From Ranitomeya imitator (lineage: Eukaryota): a DNA stretch of 64,000 nucleotides. The stretch covers positions 1,202,614,001 through 1,202,678,000 of the forward strand of contig NC_091282.1 in the NCBI RefSeq assembly GCF_032444005.1, written 5' to 3'. Within the stretch, counting starts at the first letter, position 1. The number at the start of each line of letters is the position of its first letter. Shown here one piece after another: positions 25,216-36,833 of the stretch. The notes below the pieces were generated by a model, which saw only the letters and a program-made list of their open reading frames with translations, was not told the DNA's origin and ran no database searches. The position numbers and the translations under genes are program-made.

Positions 25216-26129
25216 CAATCTAATGAGTGTGTGGGAAACATGGGAAAACGCTCAGATCACATCTGAGTTCAGTCCAATTTCCACGGACTGACAGAATGGA
25301 GAAAAGATGGAGAGATTTTTTTCTCCATCTTCTCCTCATCGTATCACACTGTGATTTTCATATTCGACCCAAGTCTTTCGAATGAGAGGCTCTACGCTCG
25401 TATGATCCGAGCCTAAGGCACTATTATTTGGGCACTGTTGTATTAAGTAATATTAGTAATTTTACTCCTGACAACTTTAGAGACCTTTATCTTTGCCAGT
25501 GAAAATAATCGCTATTGGAAAAACAAAGAGTTCAAGTGTCACCTACGTCCAGAATATATTCCATGTTACGTGGGATGTTTATTATTCGGAATGAGACGAT
25601 TTGCTCACAACTTGTCACAGACGGTGAAGCCAAAATTATTAAGCTGAGCCATCTAGTAAATAGTAATTACACGTGATTGTTACACTTCCTAATTAGAGAC
25701 AAGCCTGGACCTCTCTACAATTAATTTACATACGTAATCTGTTTCCGGGAGTCTGCTAATTGATGTAAATAAATGCCATTACAGGAAACTAATATGTAGA
25801 TTCCCCTGTAGCTGTTCATTATTGGATAATTAAGAGTTTGCTAAAGCAATATGCTCGATGAGTTACATAAACCCAGATAAGAACGACTCTATAAGGGTGA
25901 TGGGGCTTATTTGGTCACTTTATTCTCAGGTTCCTCTGTGATATGAAGGAAGCAGAAAATCCAGCATAAATGTGCAGAAAAACCTGCATCTGTACAATGG
26001 TTGCATTAAATGATAAACCTAACATGCCGGAGAAGAAGCCATCAAAATTATTTTCATTGCTTTTTTTTTTAGCAATTTTTTTTATTTTTCCAGTGTAGCC
26101 ACGAAATAGCCACGAATATCACCATAAAG

Positions 26130-26535
26130 TGCTTCAAACAGTCACCGAAAGGGTAGTCACATTACACATGTATGCACTCTTCTGCACACTTACCATCCAC
26201 ATCAGATCAGGATCTGACAGGCAGGGAAGGAGGCATCTCACGTCCTGCTCTCACAAGCCACTTTCCCCGCAGGATCCGGAAGGACCTCGCGGCCATCTTG
26301 GAGCCAGGGTCACCATGGAGACCATAAGGACAGCGCGCATCGCATTGTCTTGATGGATGCGCGCAGGGAACTCATTCCCTGCGCTATGCTCCTCTATGTC
26401 GCTGTCACTATTGGCACAATCGCCCCGGCGCTCAGCATGAGGCCGTGCGATCATGCCACCATCCATGTACTGCTCTATGACAGAACGCAGCTCCTGCAAA
26501 GCAGTACATGTATGGCGCATGTTGGGAAGGGGTTG
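26130..26535. mobile_element. Terminal fragment of a piggyBac-like non-autonomous element
   Basis: Ends TACATGTATGGCG...GGGAAGGGGTTGA, resembling AAGGGGTTAA termini; GC-rich subterminal region. Confidence 0.45.
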
Positions 26536-26852
26536 AGCTAACTAAATAAAGAGAGAATTTTTAAGTGTTTTTTTGTTATGGCTTATATGTATAAGGGCCC
26601 CATAGGTTGATTGCTTTGGTTGTTGATTGAGGGGGGCTATGCGGGGGCTCATATTGTAAGTAGGGGACTAAGTGGAGGCTCGTACTGTATATAGGGAGAA
26701 GTCATCATACTTAATTATGCTCAATATTAAAGCATACAGTTATTAATAACTACTTTTTATATTTTATTACTATTGAGCAAAATTAGTTTCAGTCTATTGG
26801 TTCAGCCTCCACAACACTCATGGTTTCTCATGCAGCCCCTCAGGAAAATGTA

Positions 26853-28400
26853 CAGGGTGCTTCTAACAGAATTAGAATATCATCAAAAAGTTAGATTATT
26901 TTAGTTACTCAATACAAAAAGTGAAACTCATATATTATATAGAGACATTACACACAGAGTGATCTATTTCACATGTTTATTTCTGTTAATGTTGCTGATT
27001 ATGGCTTACAGCCAATGAAAATCCAAAAGTTATTATCTCAGTAAATTAGAATAATTAAGAAAAACACCTGCAAAGGCTTCCTAAGTGTATAAAAAGGTCC
27101 CTTAGTCTGTTTCAGTAGCTCCACAATCATGGGGAAGACTGCTGACTTGACAGATGTCCAAAATGCGGTCATTGACACACTCCACAAGGAGGGGAAGCCA
27201 CAAAAGGTCATTGCTAAAGAAGCCGGCTGTTCACAGAGTGCTGTATTCAAGCATATTAATGGAAAGTTGAGTGGAAGGAAAAAGTGTGGCAGAAAAAGGT
27301 TCACAAGTAACCGGGATAATCGCAGCCATGAAAGGATTGTTAAGAAAAGGCCAGTCATAAATTTGGGAGAGATTCACAAGGAGTGGACTGCTGCTGGAGT
27401 CATTGCTTCAAGAGCCGCCACACACAGACGTATCCAGGACATGGGCTACAAGTGTCACATTCCTTGTGTCAGGCCACTCATGACCAAAAGACAACGCCAG
27501 AAGCGTCTTACCTGGGCCACGGAGAAAAAGAACTGGACTGTTGTCAGTGGTCCAAGGTGTTGTTTTCAGATGAAAGTAAATTTTGCACTTCAGTTGGAAA
27601 TCAAGGTCCCAGAGTCTGGAGGAAGAGTGGAGAGGCCACAATCCAAGCTGCTGGAGGTCTAGTGTGAAGTCTCCACAATCAGTGATGATTTGGGGAGCCA
27701 TGTCATCTGCTGGTGTAGGTCCTCTGTGCCTTATCAAGACCAAAGTCAGTGCAGCCGTCAACCAGGAAATTTTACAGCTCTTCATGCTTCCCTCTGCAGA
27801 CAAGCTTTTTGAAGATGGAAATGTCATTCTCCAGCAGGACTTGGCCCCTGTCCACACTGCCAAAAGTACCAATACCTGGTTTCCATACAACAGTATCACT
27901 GTGCTTGATTGGCCAGAAAACTTGCCTGACCTTAACCCCATAGAGAATCTATTGTCAAGAGGAAGATGAGGGACACCAGACCCCACAATGCAGACGAGCT
28001 GAAGGCTGCTATCACAGCAACCTGGGCTTCCATAACACCTCAGCAGTGCCACAGGCTGATCGCCTCCATGCAACTCCGCATTGATGCAGTAATTGTTGCA
28101 AAAGGAGCCCCGACCAAGTATTGAGTGCATTTACTGAGCATACATTTCAGCAGGCCAACATTTCGGATTGTAAAATCATTTTTCAAGCTGGTGTTATAAA
28201 GTATTTTAACTGACTGAGATAATGACTTTTGGGTTTTCATTGGCTGTAAGCCATAATCATCAACTTTAACAGAAATAAACACTTGAAATACATCACTCTG
28301 CTTGTAATGACTCTATATAATATATGAGTTTAACTTTTGTATTGAAGAATTGAAATAAATTAACTTTTTGATGATATTCTAATTTTGTGAGAAACACCTG
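26853..28400 (+). mobile_element. Tc1 transposon, complete but decayed
   Basis: TA|CAGGGTGCTTCT...AGAAACACCTG|TA with ~200-bp imperfect TIRs. Confidence 0.92.
27129..28124 (+). pseudogene. Tc1 transposase, frameshifted
   Basis: MGKTADL...GCSQSAV (paired-like HTH), [24 protein letters not shown] and KGAPTKY* are distributed over several frames. Confidence 0.9.
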
Positions 28401-28928
28401 TAATCTCTCACCCCTGTACTATTTTGTATAGCTCTATGTTATTTACAGTGCCGTACATAAGGGAAAAAAGCATATACACAATAACATTTTCGTGATGCAT
28501 ACCAAAAATGTCCATATTATTTATTGCCTTCTGATGATAATTTTAACAACTGTATCAAAAAATGTGATTATTATAAACAAAAAAATCTTACTTTTATTTT
28601 ACATATTCCATACTGTAATATATAAAGTTGTATCTGTATATACCAATACTTTATGCCTGTAAAAAAAAGAATATCATTTGGATTTTTGTGCAGAGAAAAT
28701 CCTCCTAAAGCAGCAGTGCAAACTGTGCACAAAGTTTCTACCTGCCTTCCATGCTACAAGTTGTAAGTTTGAATCCTGGGGAAGGCTAAACCTGCCTCAT
28801 GGATACACACACACGAAAGACATATGCCTGGTTCATCGTAGCGCCCCCTATTATGCTGCACTACAAATTACACTGTATATAAGATTGATGGGGAGTGGTC
28901 CTTAAAGTTAGTGTATATAATATGATAG

Positions 28929-29817
28929 TGTGGCACCCCTAGGGGTATTTGCCACAAAAATAGTTACTGACAGTAAGTACAAATACTAAAATAGCAAGAC
29001 TGCACTATCACCTCCGGCCAGAAGGGGGAGCTCCAGAGACTCCCCTTGATCCATTCTGGTCTGAGAGAAGAAATGGCAGTTGGGCCAAGGAGCTGAAAGT
29101 GAGAGGTCATACAGTTGAATCTCTAACAGCCCTGTGACTGTTACCAGGCCTAAATCACCGGCCTGAGGAGAAGAGGGATAGAGAAAAAGGACATTGTGAG
29201 AACCGGGTAGCATTAATCACTACCCAGAACAGGCGCAAAGACGGATACCGGATCCGTGGCTGTATTCATTATATATAATACAGCAACCGGAAAGACGTGA
29301 GGTGATATCAGCTTCACTAGGGCCGGACGCAGCAACAGACACAGAGTTCAGCGGTACTCCCAGAGGGGGTAAACCGATAAAAGGACTCGGGTTGCCCGTC
29401 GAACCAGGACCTGGAGGGGACAGATTGGGCCGGCAGCCAGTTCACATACAGCAGCAGGGCCACACAGAAATTGCGCACAATAAGAGGCGAAGACCCCGGC
29501 AGGGTCAAAGTAACTCAGAGTTCCCATACAGACTCCGGTGACAGGACTGGTTGTAAATCCTTTTATGTTAAAGTAAACTGGTTAAACGTTTCAGTGCCTC
29601 AGTCTTTCATTTGGACAATAGCCATCTATCCAGGATCGGTATCGTCACCGCTGGGAGAACCTGCTGCTGATCAAGTAAGTGCCTGTCCCCTCACGATACC
29701 CCTTACACTGTGCATTGCCTGAGGCCACAGCACCGGGTCAAGCCACCCGTGACATCCCCCTCAAGAGACAGACTCCATTGGTCCGGTGCTGGGTATCCCG
29801 GTCTCCTGGGCGACACA
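28929..29817 (+). repeat. 5' LTR (889 bp)
   Basis: TGTGGCACCC...GGCGACACA; about 7 substitutions versus the 3' LTR, counted by eye. Confidence 0.97.
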
Positions 29818-29819
29818 AT

Positions 29820-29837
29820 TGGCGTCACGAACAGGAT
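29820..29837 (+). promoter_or_regulatory. Primer-binding site complementary to the tRNA-Ser(CGA) 3' end
   Basis: TGGCGTCACGAACAGGAT, 2 nt after the LTR, complements ...AUCCUGUUCGUGACGCCA. tRNA identity from recall of vertebrate tRNA-Ser-CGA. Confidence 0.8.
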
Positions 29838-30288
29838 CTAGCCAGCCCGTATACCGGGTATTGTGTGCCGTGATTGGAGCCCAAAACTGTGAAAACTGGG
29901 ATGAAAAAATCTTGAAAATTGACTTTATTAAAGAAAAATCCATTCCCCATTGAAAACTATTGAAAGTGACTTTTCCCCATTGGTTATAATGGAGTAAAGA
30001 TGGCCGCCATCCCATGAGGTAATCACTTCATAACCGTTAGGCACGAGACTGTTAATTGAGCTACGCTATCACCTGAGCCCCAGTCTAACTGAAAAACTTC
30101 AGAATCCGCCATTACAGAGCGCGGTGGGTGGGAGCAGCAGGGGGCGTGTCATTGTGGGCGGCACCAAGCTGAGCGCTCTGACGTCAGAGCAAGGGGAAAA
30201 CCGATCCTGCTGCACAGCGGAACGAATCTACACTATCCCGACGGAAGCGGAGGACCGGAAGGGTCCGGATTAACTAAGGGGGCACAGT

Positions 30289-31329
30289 ATGTCGCAGCAC
30301 GGAGACGCCGCAGCACCCGGCAACGCTAATGCAGCTGAAAGACAGAGTATCAATAGAGAGTCCGGCAGCGCAGCGCTGCAAGGAGTGGCGCCCATCATGC
30401 CGGTGCTGATGCCATATACCCCGGGTGGCCCATGGCTTCCAATGTATGAAGGTGAGCCTAATACCCTTGACGATTTCAGAGAAAAGATGCTGGCCCATTT
30501 TGACATGTTCCCCGTGGGTGAAGTTCAGCGTGTTAGTCTCCTGATGATGCAGTTAAGTGGCCATGCTAAGCGAGAAGTCACAGCATGGGCAGCTGATCTA
30601 AAAGACACTGTTGAACGCATATTTGCTGGATTAAAAGCTACATTTGAAACCACTGCCAGCAGCAAAGCTAAAATACGATTCTTTAATTGCAAACAAAAAG
30701 CTAATGAGGGCGTGAGAGACTTTGCCTTAAACCTGCAGGAAGCCCTTAAATCACTTACACTGGCTGAACCCATTTTTAACACTGGAGCTGATAAACTGCT
30801 AAGAGATCAATTTATTGAGGGACTCTACACCCCTTCTCACCGGGGGCATGTGAGCATGCTTGTTTTTAAGAACCCTGAATTGACATTTGCCCAATTAAAG
30901 GAGAGCGCTATACGTCTCCAGCTGGCAGAGGCACCTCGGGATCAGGAGCCTGCGCAACCCATGGCAGAGGCACCTCAACAACAGGGAGTGCCAGTGACAT
31001 CAGCTATGTCTGGGGCCATTGCTAAGCCCCTGGGGCCCAGTACTAATGAGGCTCTTCAACAAAAGCTTGACTCTTTAACTGATGTTGTTGCTTCAATGGC
31101 TAAAACCATGCAGGAGATGAGAGGACACAAGATGGAGTTGGCAAACTGTAGAGAGGATGTTCCATGGATGAGACCCCGGAGATACCCGACATGGAGAGGA
31201 CGACCCCGCGACCGCTACCAACCGGATGGACAGCCCATTTGCCGCCGTTGCCAGCAGCCGGGCCACTTTGCACGAGATTGTGATTTAAACGGGAATCCCC
31301 TGGGAATGCGGGCCGCTTCGCAGGAATGA
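30289..31329 (+). CDS. gag: Gag (capsid-like domain + CCHC zinc knuckle), 346 aa
   Basis: Intact ORF; CRRCQQPGHFARDC knuckle; retrotransposon-gag-like QKANEGVRDFALNL and LLRDQFIEGL segments. Confidence 0.92.
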   Translation: MSQHGDAAAPGNANAAERQSINRESGSAALQGVAPIMPVLMPYTPGGPWLPMYEGEPNTLDDFREKMLAHFDMFPVGEVQRVSLLMMQLSGHAKREVTAWAADLKDTVERIFAGLKATFETTASSKAKIRFFNCKQKANEGVRDFALNLQEALKSLTLAEPIFNTGADKLLRDQFIEGLYTPSHRGHVSMLVFKNPELTFAQLKESAIRLQLAEAPRDQEPAQPMAEAPQQQGVPVTSAMSGAIAKPLGPSTNEALQQKLDSLTDVVASMAKTMQEMRGHKMELANCREDVPWMRPRRYPTWRGRPRDRYQPDGQPICRRCQQPGHFARDCDLNGNPLGMRAASQE

Positions 31330-34300
31330 ACTTTCAAGGCCCAACACCCTGGCACGACAGGTACATCGGAGGACGACCCATTATCCCTATCGTGCTGGAC
31401 GGAATTCCCCTCAACGCTTTGCTGGACACAGGTTCCCAGATTTCATCTATACCGTATATCCTTTATAAGAGGTACTGGGCTGATGCAGATATTGATAAAG
31501 GGCCCTCTGATGTTGAACTAGATATATGGGCCAGTAATGGTAAGTTGGTACCGAAACTAGGATTCAGGGAGATGACCATAAAGATTGGTAAAGTAGAACT
31601 GAAGAAACAGGGTATAATTGTTGTTGATGATGACCGGCGGAACTGTGAACCAACTGTATTGATAGGAATGAATGTGTTAGAGAACTGCTTTTCCGAAGTC
31701 ATTTCTGTCTTACAGCAAATTGCTGAAACTGCCCAATCCTGCCAGCAGAGAGTTCTCCGGAGGGAAATAAAAGTATTGATGTTAAGGCAACAGGTAGAAG
31801 TTGCAGGTGGAGAAATCGGCAGTGTGAGGGTAAGTGATCCAACGTCTATTGTAATCCCACCAAAAACAGAAATGCTGGTATGGTGTAGAGCAGCCATTGG
31901 TACTAAGGGACGAGATTATCAAGCCTTAATAGAACCAGTGTACACCGACAGCAGGCCCACTATACTCACAGCACGAGGGATAGTCGAGGTACACCGGGGA
32001 CGAGTGCCGGTACGACTTTTGAACTGTGGAGAGGAAGAGGTCACTTTGCCAAGGTATGCTACAATGGCAAAGCTATATACTGTTGACAACAATGCCATCA
32101 CAACCATTGAGCCCTTAGAACCAACCTGTCAGTTGGAAGGCAATGGCTCAGATGGAGAAATGGAGGATTGGTGCCAACAGCTACACGTGGGCATAAATTC
32201 AACACCTAGCCATCAAAAACAAGGGGTGTATAGGCTAGTGACGGAATATGAACAAGTCTTCAGTAAACACCCATTGGACTTCGGACGGATAGAAGGGGTA
32301 GAACACACAATCCCCACAGGTGACCATCCCCCAATAAAAGAAAGATATAGACCCATACCGCCCGCTCACTATCAATGTGCAAAAGATATGCTGAGGGAAA
32401 TGAAACAGGCCGGGGTAATAAGAGACAGCTGTAGCCCCTGGGCGGCCCCTCTAGTGATTGTCAAAAAAAAGGACGGAACCATGAGAATGTGCGTAGACTA
32501 CCGGAAGATTAATAACATCACCCATAAAGACGCCTACCCCTTGCCTAGGATAGAAGAGTCCTTAACTGCTTTGAAATCTGCTAATTATTTTTCCACCTTA
32601 GACTTAACAAGCGGGTATTGGCAAGTCCCTGTGGCTGAGAGAGATAAGGAAAAGACGGCATTCACCACACCAATGGGTCTATGTGAATTTAATCGCATGC
32701 CGTTCGGACTCTGCAACGCATCCGGTACCTTCTAGCGGCTGATGGAATGCTGCCTCGGACACAAGAACTTCGAGACCGTCCTCCTGTACCTAGTTGATGT
32801 GATCGTCTACTCAAAGACTTACGAACAACACTTAATAGACCTGGCAGAAGTGTTCGAAGCCTTATCCAGGTATGGCATGAAAGTCAAGCCATCCAAATGT
32901 CACCTTCTCAAGCCAAAGGTACAGTACCTGGGACACATCGTGAGTTCGGAGGGAGTAGCACCAGATCCCGAGAAAATAAGCGCCATAAGGGATTGGCCAA
33001 GACCTACCAGCGCAAAAGAAGTGAGACAATTCCTGGGATTGGTGGGTTACTATCACAGATTTATAAAAGGATTTACCAAGTTGGCAGCACCCTTGCAAGA
33101 CACCTTGGTAGGGCAGACGAAGAAACCTTCAAACCGAAACCCTCCTTTTCAGTGGAACGACGAAAGGGAAGACTCCTTTGAACAACTAAAGAAGGCACTA
33201 ACCGGAGAAGAGGTTCTGGCATACCCAGATTACCATAAACCTTTCATCCTCTACACCGATGCCAGTAATGTGGGACTAGGAGCGGTGCTGTCACAAAAGC
33301 AAGAAGGTCGGGAGAAAGTCATCGCCTTTGCAAGTAGAAAGCTCCGGCCTACTGAAAGAAATTCAGAAAATTACAGCTCCTTCAAATTGGAACTACTGGC
33401 AGTAGTTTGGGCTGTGACGGAGCGTTTCAAACACTATCTGGCTGCTGCAGAATTTATTGTCTATACTGACAACAATCCGTTGACCCACCTGGACACAGCC
33501 AAATTAGGTGCGTTAGAACAGCGATGGATAGCCCGGTTATCTAATTACAACTTCATAATCAAGTATCGAGCAGGTCGCAAGAATGGAAATGCCGATGCCC
33601 TATCCCGGATGCCACACTTGAGAGATGTAGAAGAGGAAACGGGGGAGCTTGAAGAAATTGAACTACCAGCCTTCCATCGTCCCAAGGCAAAACATCATCA
33701 GTCAAGTACCTATCAGAAACAACAAGAGGTGAATTTTAATCCGTTAGCACACCATAGATGGGCTGACACCCAAGACAGCAATCCGGCTGTGAAGTTGGTG
33801 AAGGAACTGTTGACTGAGCAAAGTGCATATCCCGATGAGGATGCCCCAGAAGAGACGCATCAACTCTGGAAAGAGAGAGGCAAAATGTTCCTGTATCAAG
33901 GGAAGCTCTGTAGAAGATACACCAATCCGAAAACACATGAATTGGTTTGGCAGATTATTGTGCCTAAACAAGATGTGAAGATGGTCCTCGAAGCTTACCA
34001 TAATGGTGCTGGTCACTTCGGTTGGAAAAAGTTAGAAGTACTTCTAAGAGAAAGATTTTATTGGGTCGGGATGAGAAAATCAATCGAACAGTGGTGCAGA
34101 AATTGTGGCCCGTGCAACCTCAGAAGAAACGATCAAAAGAACCAAAGAGCACCACTGCAGCCCATAATCACCAAACAACCACTTGAACTTGTAGCCATAG
34201 ACCACGTGAAGTTGACACCAAGCCGGTCCGGCTATGTCTATGCCTTGACCATCGTGGACCATTATTCACGTTTCTTGGTAGTAGTACCCGTAAAAGATCT

Positions 34301-35462
34301 GACAGTAAAAACAGCAGCCAAAGCGTTCCAAACGTACTTTTGTAGACCCCATGGATATCCGGAACAGGTTCTCACCGACCAAGGTACAGCCTTTGAATCA
34401 GAGATCTTCAGAGAATTCTGTAATATGTATGGTTGCAAAAAGATCCGGACGACGGCCTATCATCCACAAACAAACGGCTTATGCGAGAAGATGAACCATA
34501 TTGTAATAGACCTACTAAAGACTTTACCTGAGACAGAAAGGAATCAATGGCCAGAGAAATTGCCTGACTTGGTGGATCTGTATAATCATGTCCCGGTGAG
34601 CTCCACCAACTGCACCCCAGCTTACCTTATGCGTGCAAGACCCGGCCAATTACCAATCGATCTAGAAATGGGAATTCTGAAACCAGACGCAGAAGTTCAA
34701 GACTCCAATTGGGATATCATACGGCAAAAGCAGTATCGCCAAGTGCAAGAGAGTGTGGAAAGAAGCCTTCAGCAAACTAGAGAAAGACAAGAGCGAACTT
34801 TCAACCAGAATGCTCTAGCGACCCCATTAAGACCGGGTGACCAAGTGCTCAAGAGAAATCGTCGAACCAATAAACTGGACAATCAGTGGGAAGCCGTACC
34901 CTACACAGTTTTACCAACAAGAGTGGATAATCCTAAAATGTGTCTCATTAGCAAAAACGGAGGCTTAACATCTGTACTAGTGTCAAGAGACAATCTTAAA
35001 TTATGTCCGGAAGCATTGAAAGAGCCAGAAGTTGTCCAGCCAGAACCAGAAGTTATTCAACCCATACAGGTTCAACCAGTAAAGGAAAAAGAAGAGGAAA
35101 TGTATCACACCTGTATAGGAGACTTTCCCAAAACCCTACTAACATACCATGGTGCAGTAGTGGTTCCCATGGTGGCCTTTTACCCAACACCGAACCCAAT
35201 ACCAGAAGTCCCAAGACAGGAAGAGGCTGACCCCGTACTACAGGAGGTTCCAGGCCAGGAAGAACAGATTCCTGGTAAGAGTAATCCCATTCACGGTGGA
35301 CTTGCCAACTCCATAGTCGTGGAATTATCTTTAGCAGAGCGGGCAGATACTACATCCGCAGTAGACAGTAGTACACCACATGAAGAGACACCGCTATTAC
35401 GTAGATCACAGCGTAGTACCCAGGGTCAATTACCGGCCAGGTATGCAGATTACCAACTATAA
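31284..35462 (+). pseudogene. pol: Pol polyprotein (PR-RT-RNaseH-IN) in the -1 frame, with one premature stop
   Basis: PR LLDTGS; RT with TAG at 32733-32735 (F*R for FQR) and YLVD for YLDD; RH TDAS; IN HHCC and DDE. ORFs 31326-32735 and 32742-35462 share a frame. Confidence 0.93.
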
Positions 35463-35935
35463 AGCTCATAATGTGAATTGTATATATGTTATGCCGTATA
35501 TAGTTAAACAGAAAATGTAGTATAGTCATTGTTATCAGTCTGCAACGTTTAAGCCCAGTGCCTACAGAGACTTGTCTGTATGAACTTATTGCATATTCTT
35601 GAACTTTTTATCAGCCCGGAGGCACTAAATCAAAGCTCTGGAAAGACTGCTTTTTGAACTTTGCTTTTTGCTCTTTTTGAACTTTCTTTAGACTTTATAT
35701 TGATAACTCCGTTGGAAAAATGGAACTAAATTCCTGGACACTAAGTACAGTGCCTTTCCTAATACCTTCAAGGATAGAACTGTATTAATGGACGCTATTT
35801 GAAGTGACTTTTTACAGAACTCTATTTTTGTTTCCTTGAGTGGTTTTTGTAACTTTTCATTTTTAAGACTCTGTACATATTAATTGTTATTTCAAAATGT
35901 TATTGTCCCACAGTCCCGGAGTACTGTTCTTAACT

Positions 35936-35944
35936 AAGGGGGAA
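35936..35944 (+). promoter_or_regulatory. Polypurine tract
   Basis: AAGGGGGAA immediately upstream of the 3' LTR. Confidence 0.85.
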
Positions 35945-36833
35945 TGTGGCACCCCTAGGGGTATTTGCCACAAAAATAGTTACTGACAGTAAGTACAAAT
36001 ACTAAAATAGCAAGACTGCACTATCACCTCCGGCCAGAAGGGGGAGCTCCAGAGACTCCCCTTGATCCATTCTGGTCTGAGAGAAGAAATGGCAGTTGGG
36101 CCAAGGAGCTGAAAGTGAGAGGTCATACAGTTGAATCTCTAACAGCCCTGTGACTGTTACCAGGCCTAAATCACCGGCCTGAGGAGAAGAGGGATAGAGA
36201 AAAAGGACATTGTGAGAACCGGGTAGCATTAATCACTACCCAGAACAGGCGCAAAGACGGATACCGGATCCGTGGCTGTATTCATTATATATAATACAGC
36301 AACCGGAAAGACGTGAGGTGATATCAGCTTCACTAGGGTCGGACGCAGCAACAGACACAGAGTTCAGCGGTACTCCCAGAGGGGGTAAACCGATAAAAGG
36401 ACTCGGGTTGCCCGTCGAACCAGGACTCGGAGGGGACAGATTGGGCCGGCAGCCAGTTCACATACAGCAGCAGGGCCACACAGAAATTGCGCACAATAAG
36501 AGGCGAAGACCCCGGCAGGGTCAAAGTAACTCAGAGTTCCCATACAGACTCCGGTGACAGGACTGGTTGTAAATCCTTTTATGTTAAAGTAAACTGGTTA
36601 AACGTTTCAGTGCCTCAGTCTTTCATTTGGACAATAGCCATCTATCCAGGATCGGGATCGTCACCGCTGGGAGAACCTGCTGCTGATCAAGTAAGTGCCT
36701 GTCCCCTCATGATACCCCTTACACTGTGCATTGCCTGAGGCCACAGCACCGAGTCAAGCCACCCGTGACATCCCCCTCAAGAGACAGACTCCATTGGTCC
36801 GGTACTGGGTATCCCGGTCTCCTGGGCGACACA
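35945..36833 (+). repeat. 3' LTR (889 bp)
   Basis: Direct repeat of 28929-29817. Confidence 0.97.

Larger units (their letters stand above)
28929..36833 (+). mobile_element. Full-length Ty3/gypsy LTR retrotransposon, recent insertion
   Basis: Two 889-bp TG...CA LTRs, 4-bp TSD ATAG (28925-28928 / 36834-36837), PBS, PPT, gag and PR-RT-RH-IN domain order. Confidence 0.98.

Noticed and set aside
28986-29722. Short ORFs duplicated at 36002-36738
   Set aside because: They lie within the LTRs and have no domain similarity; the duplication reflects LTR identity.
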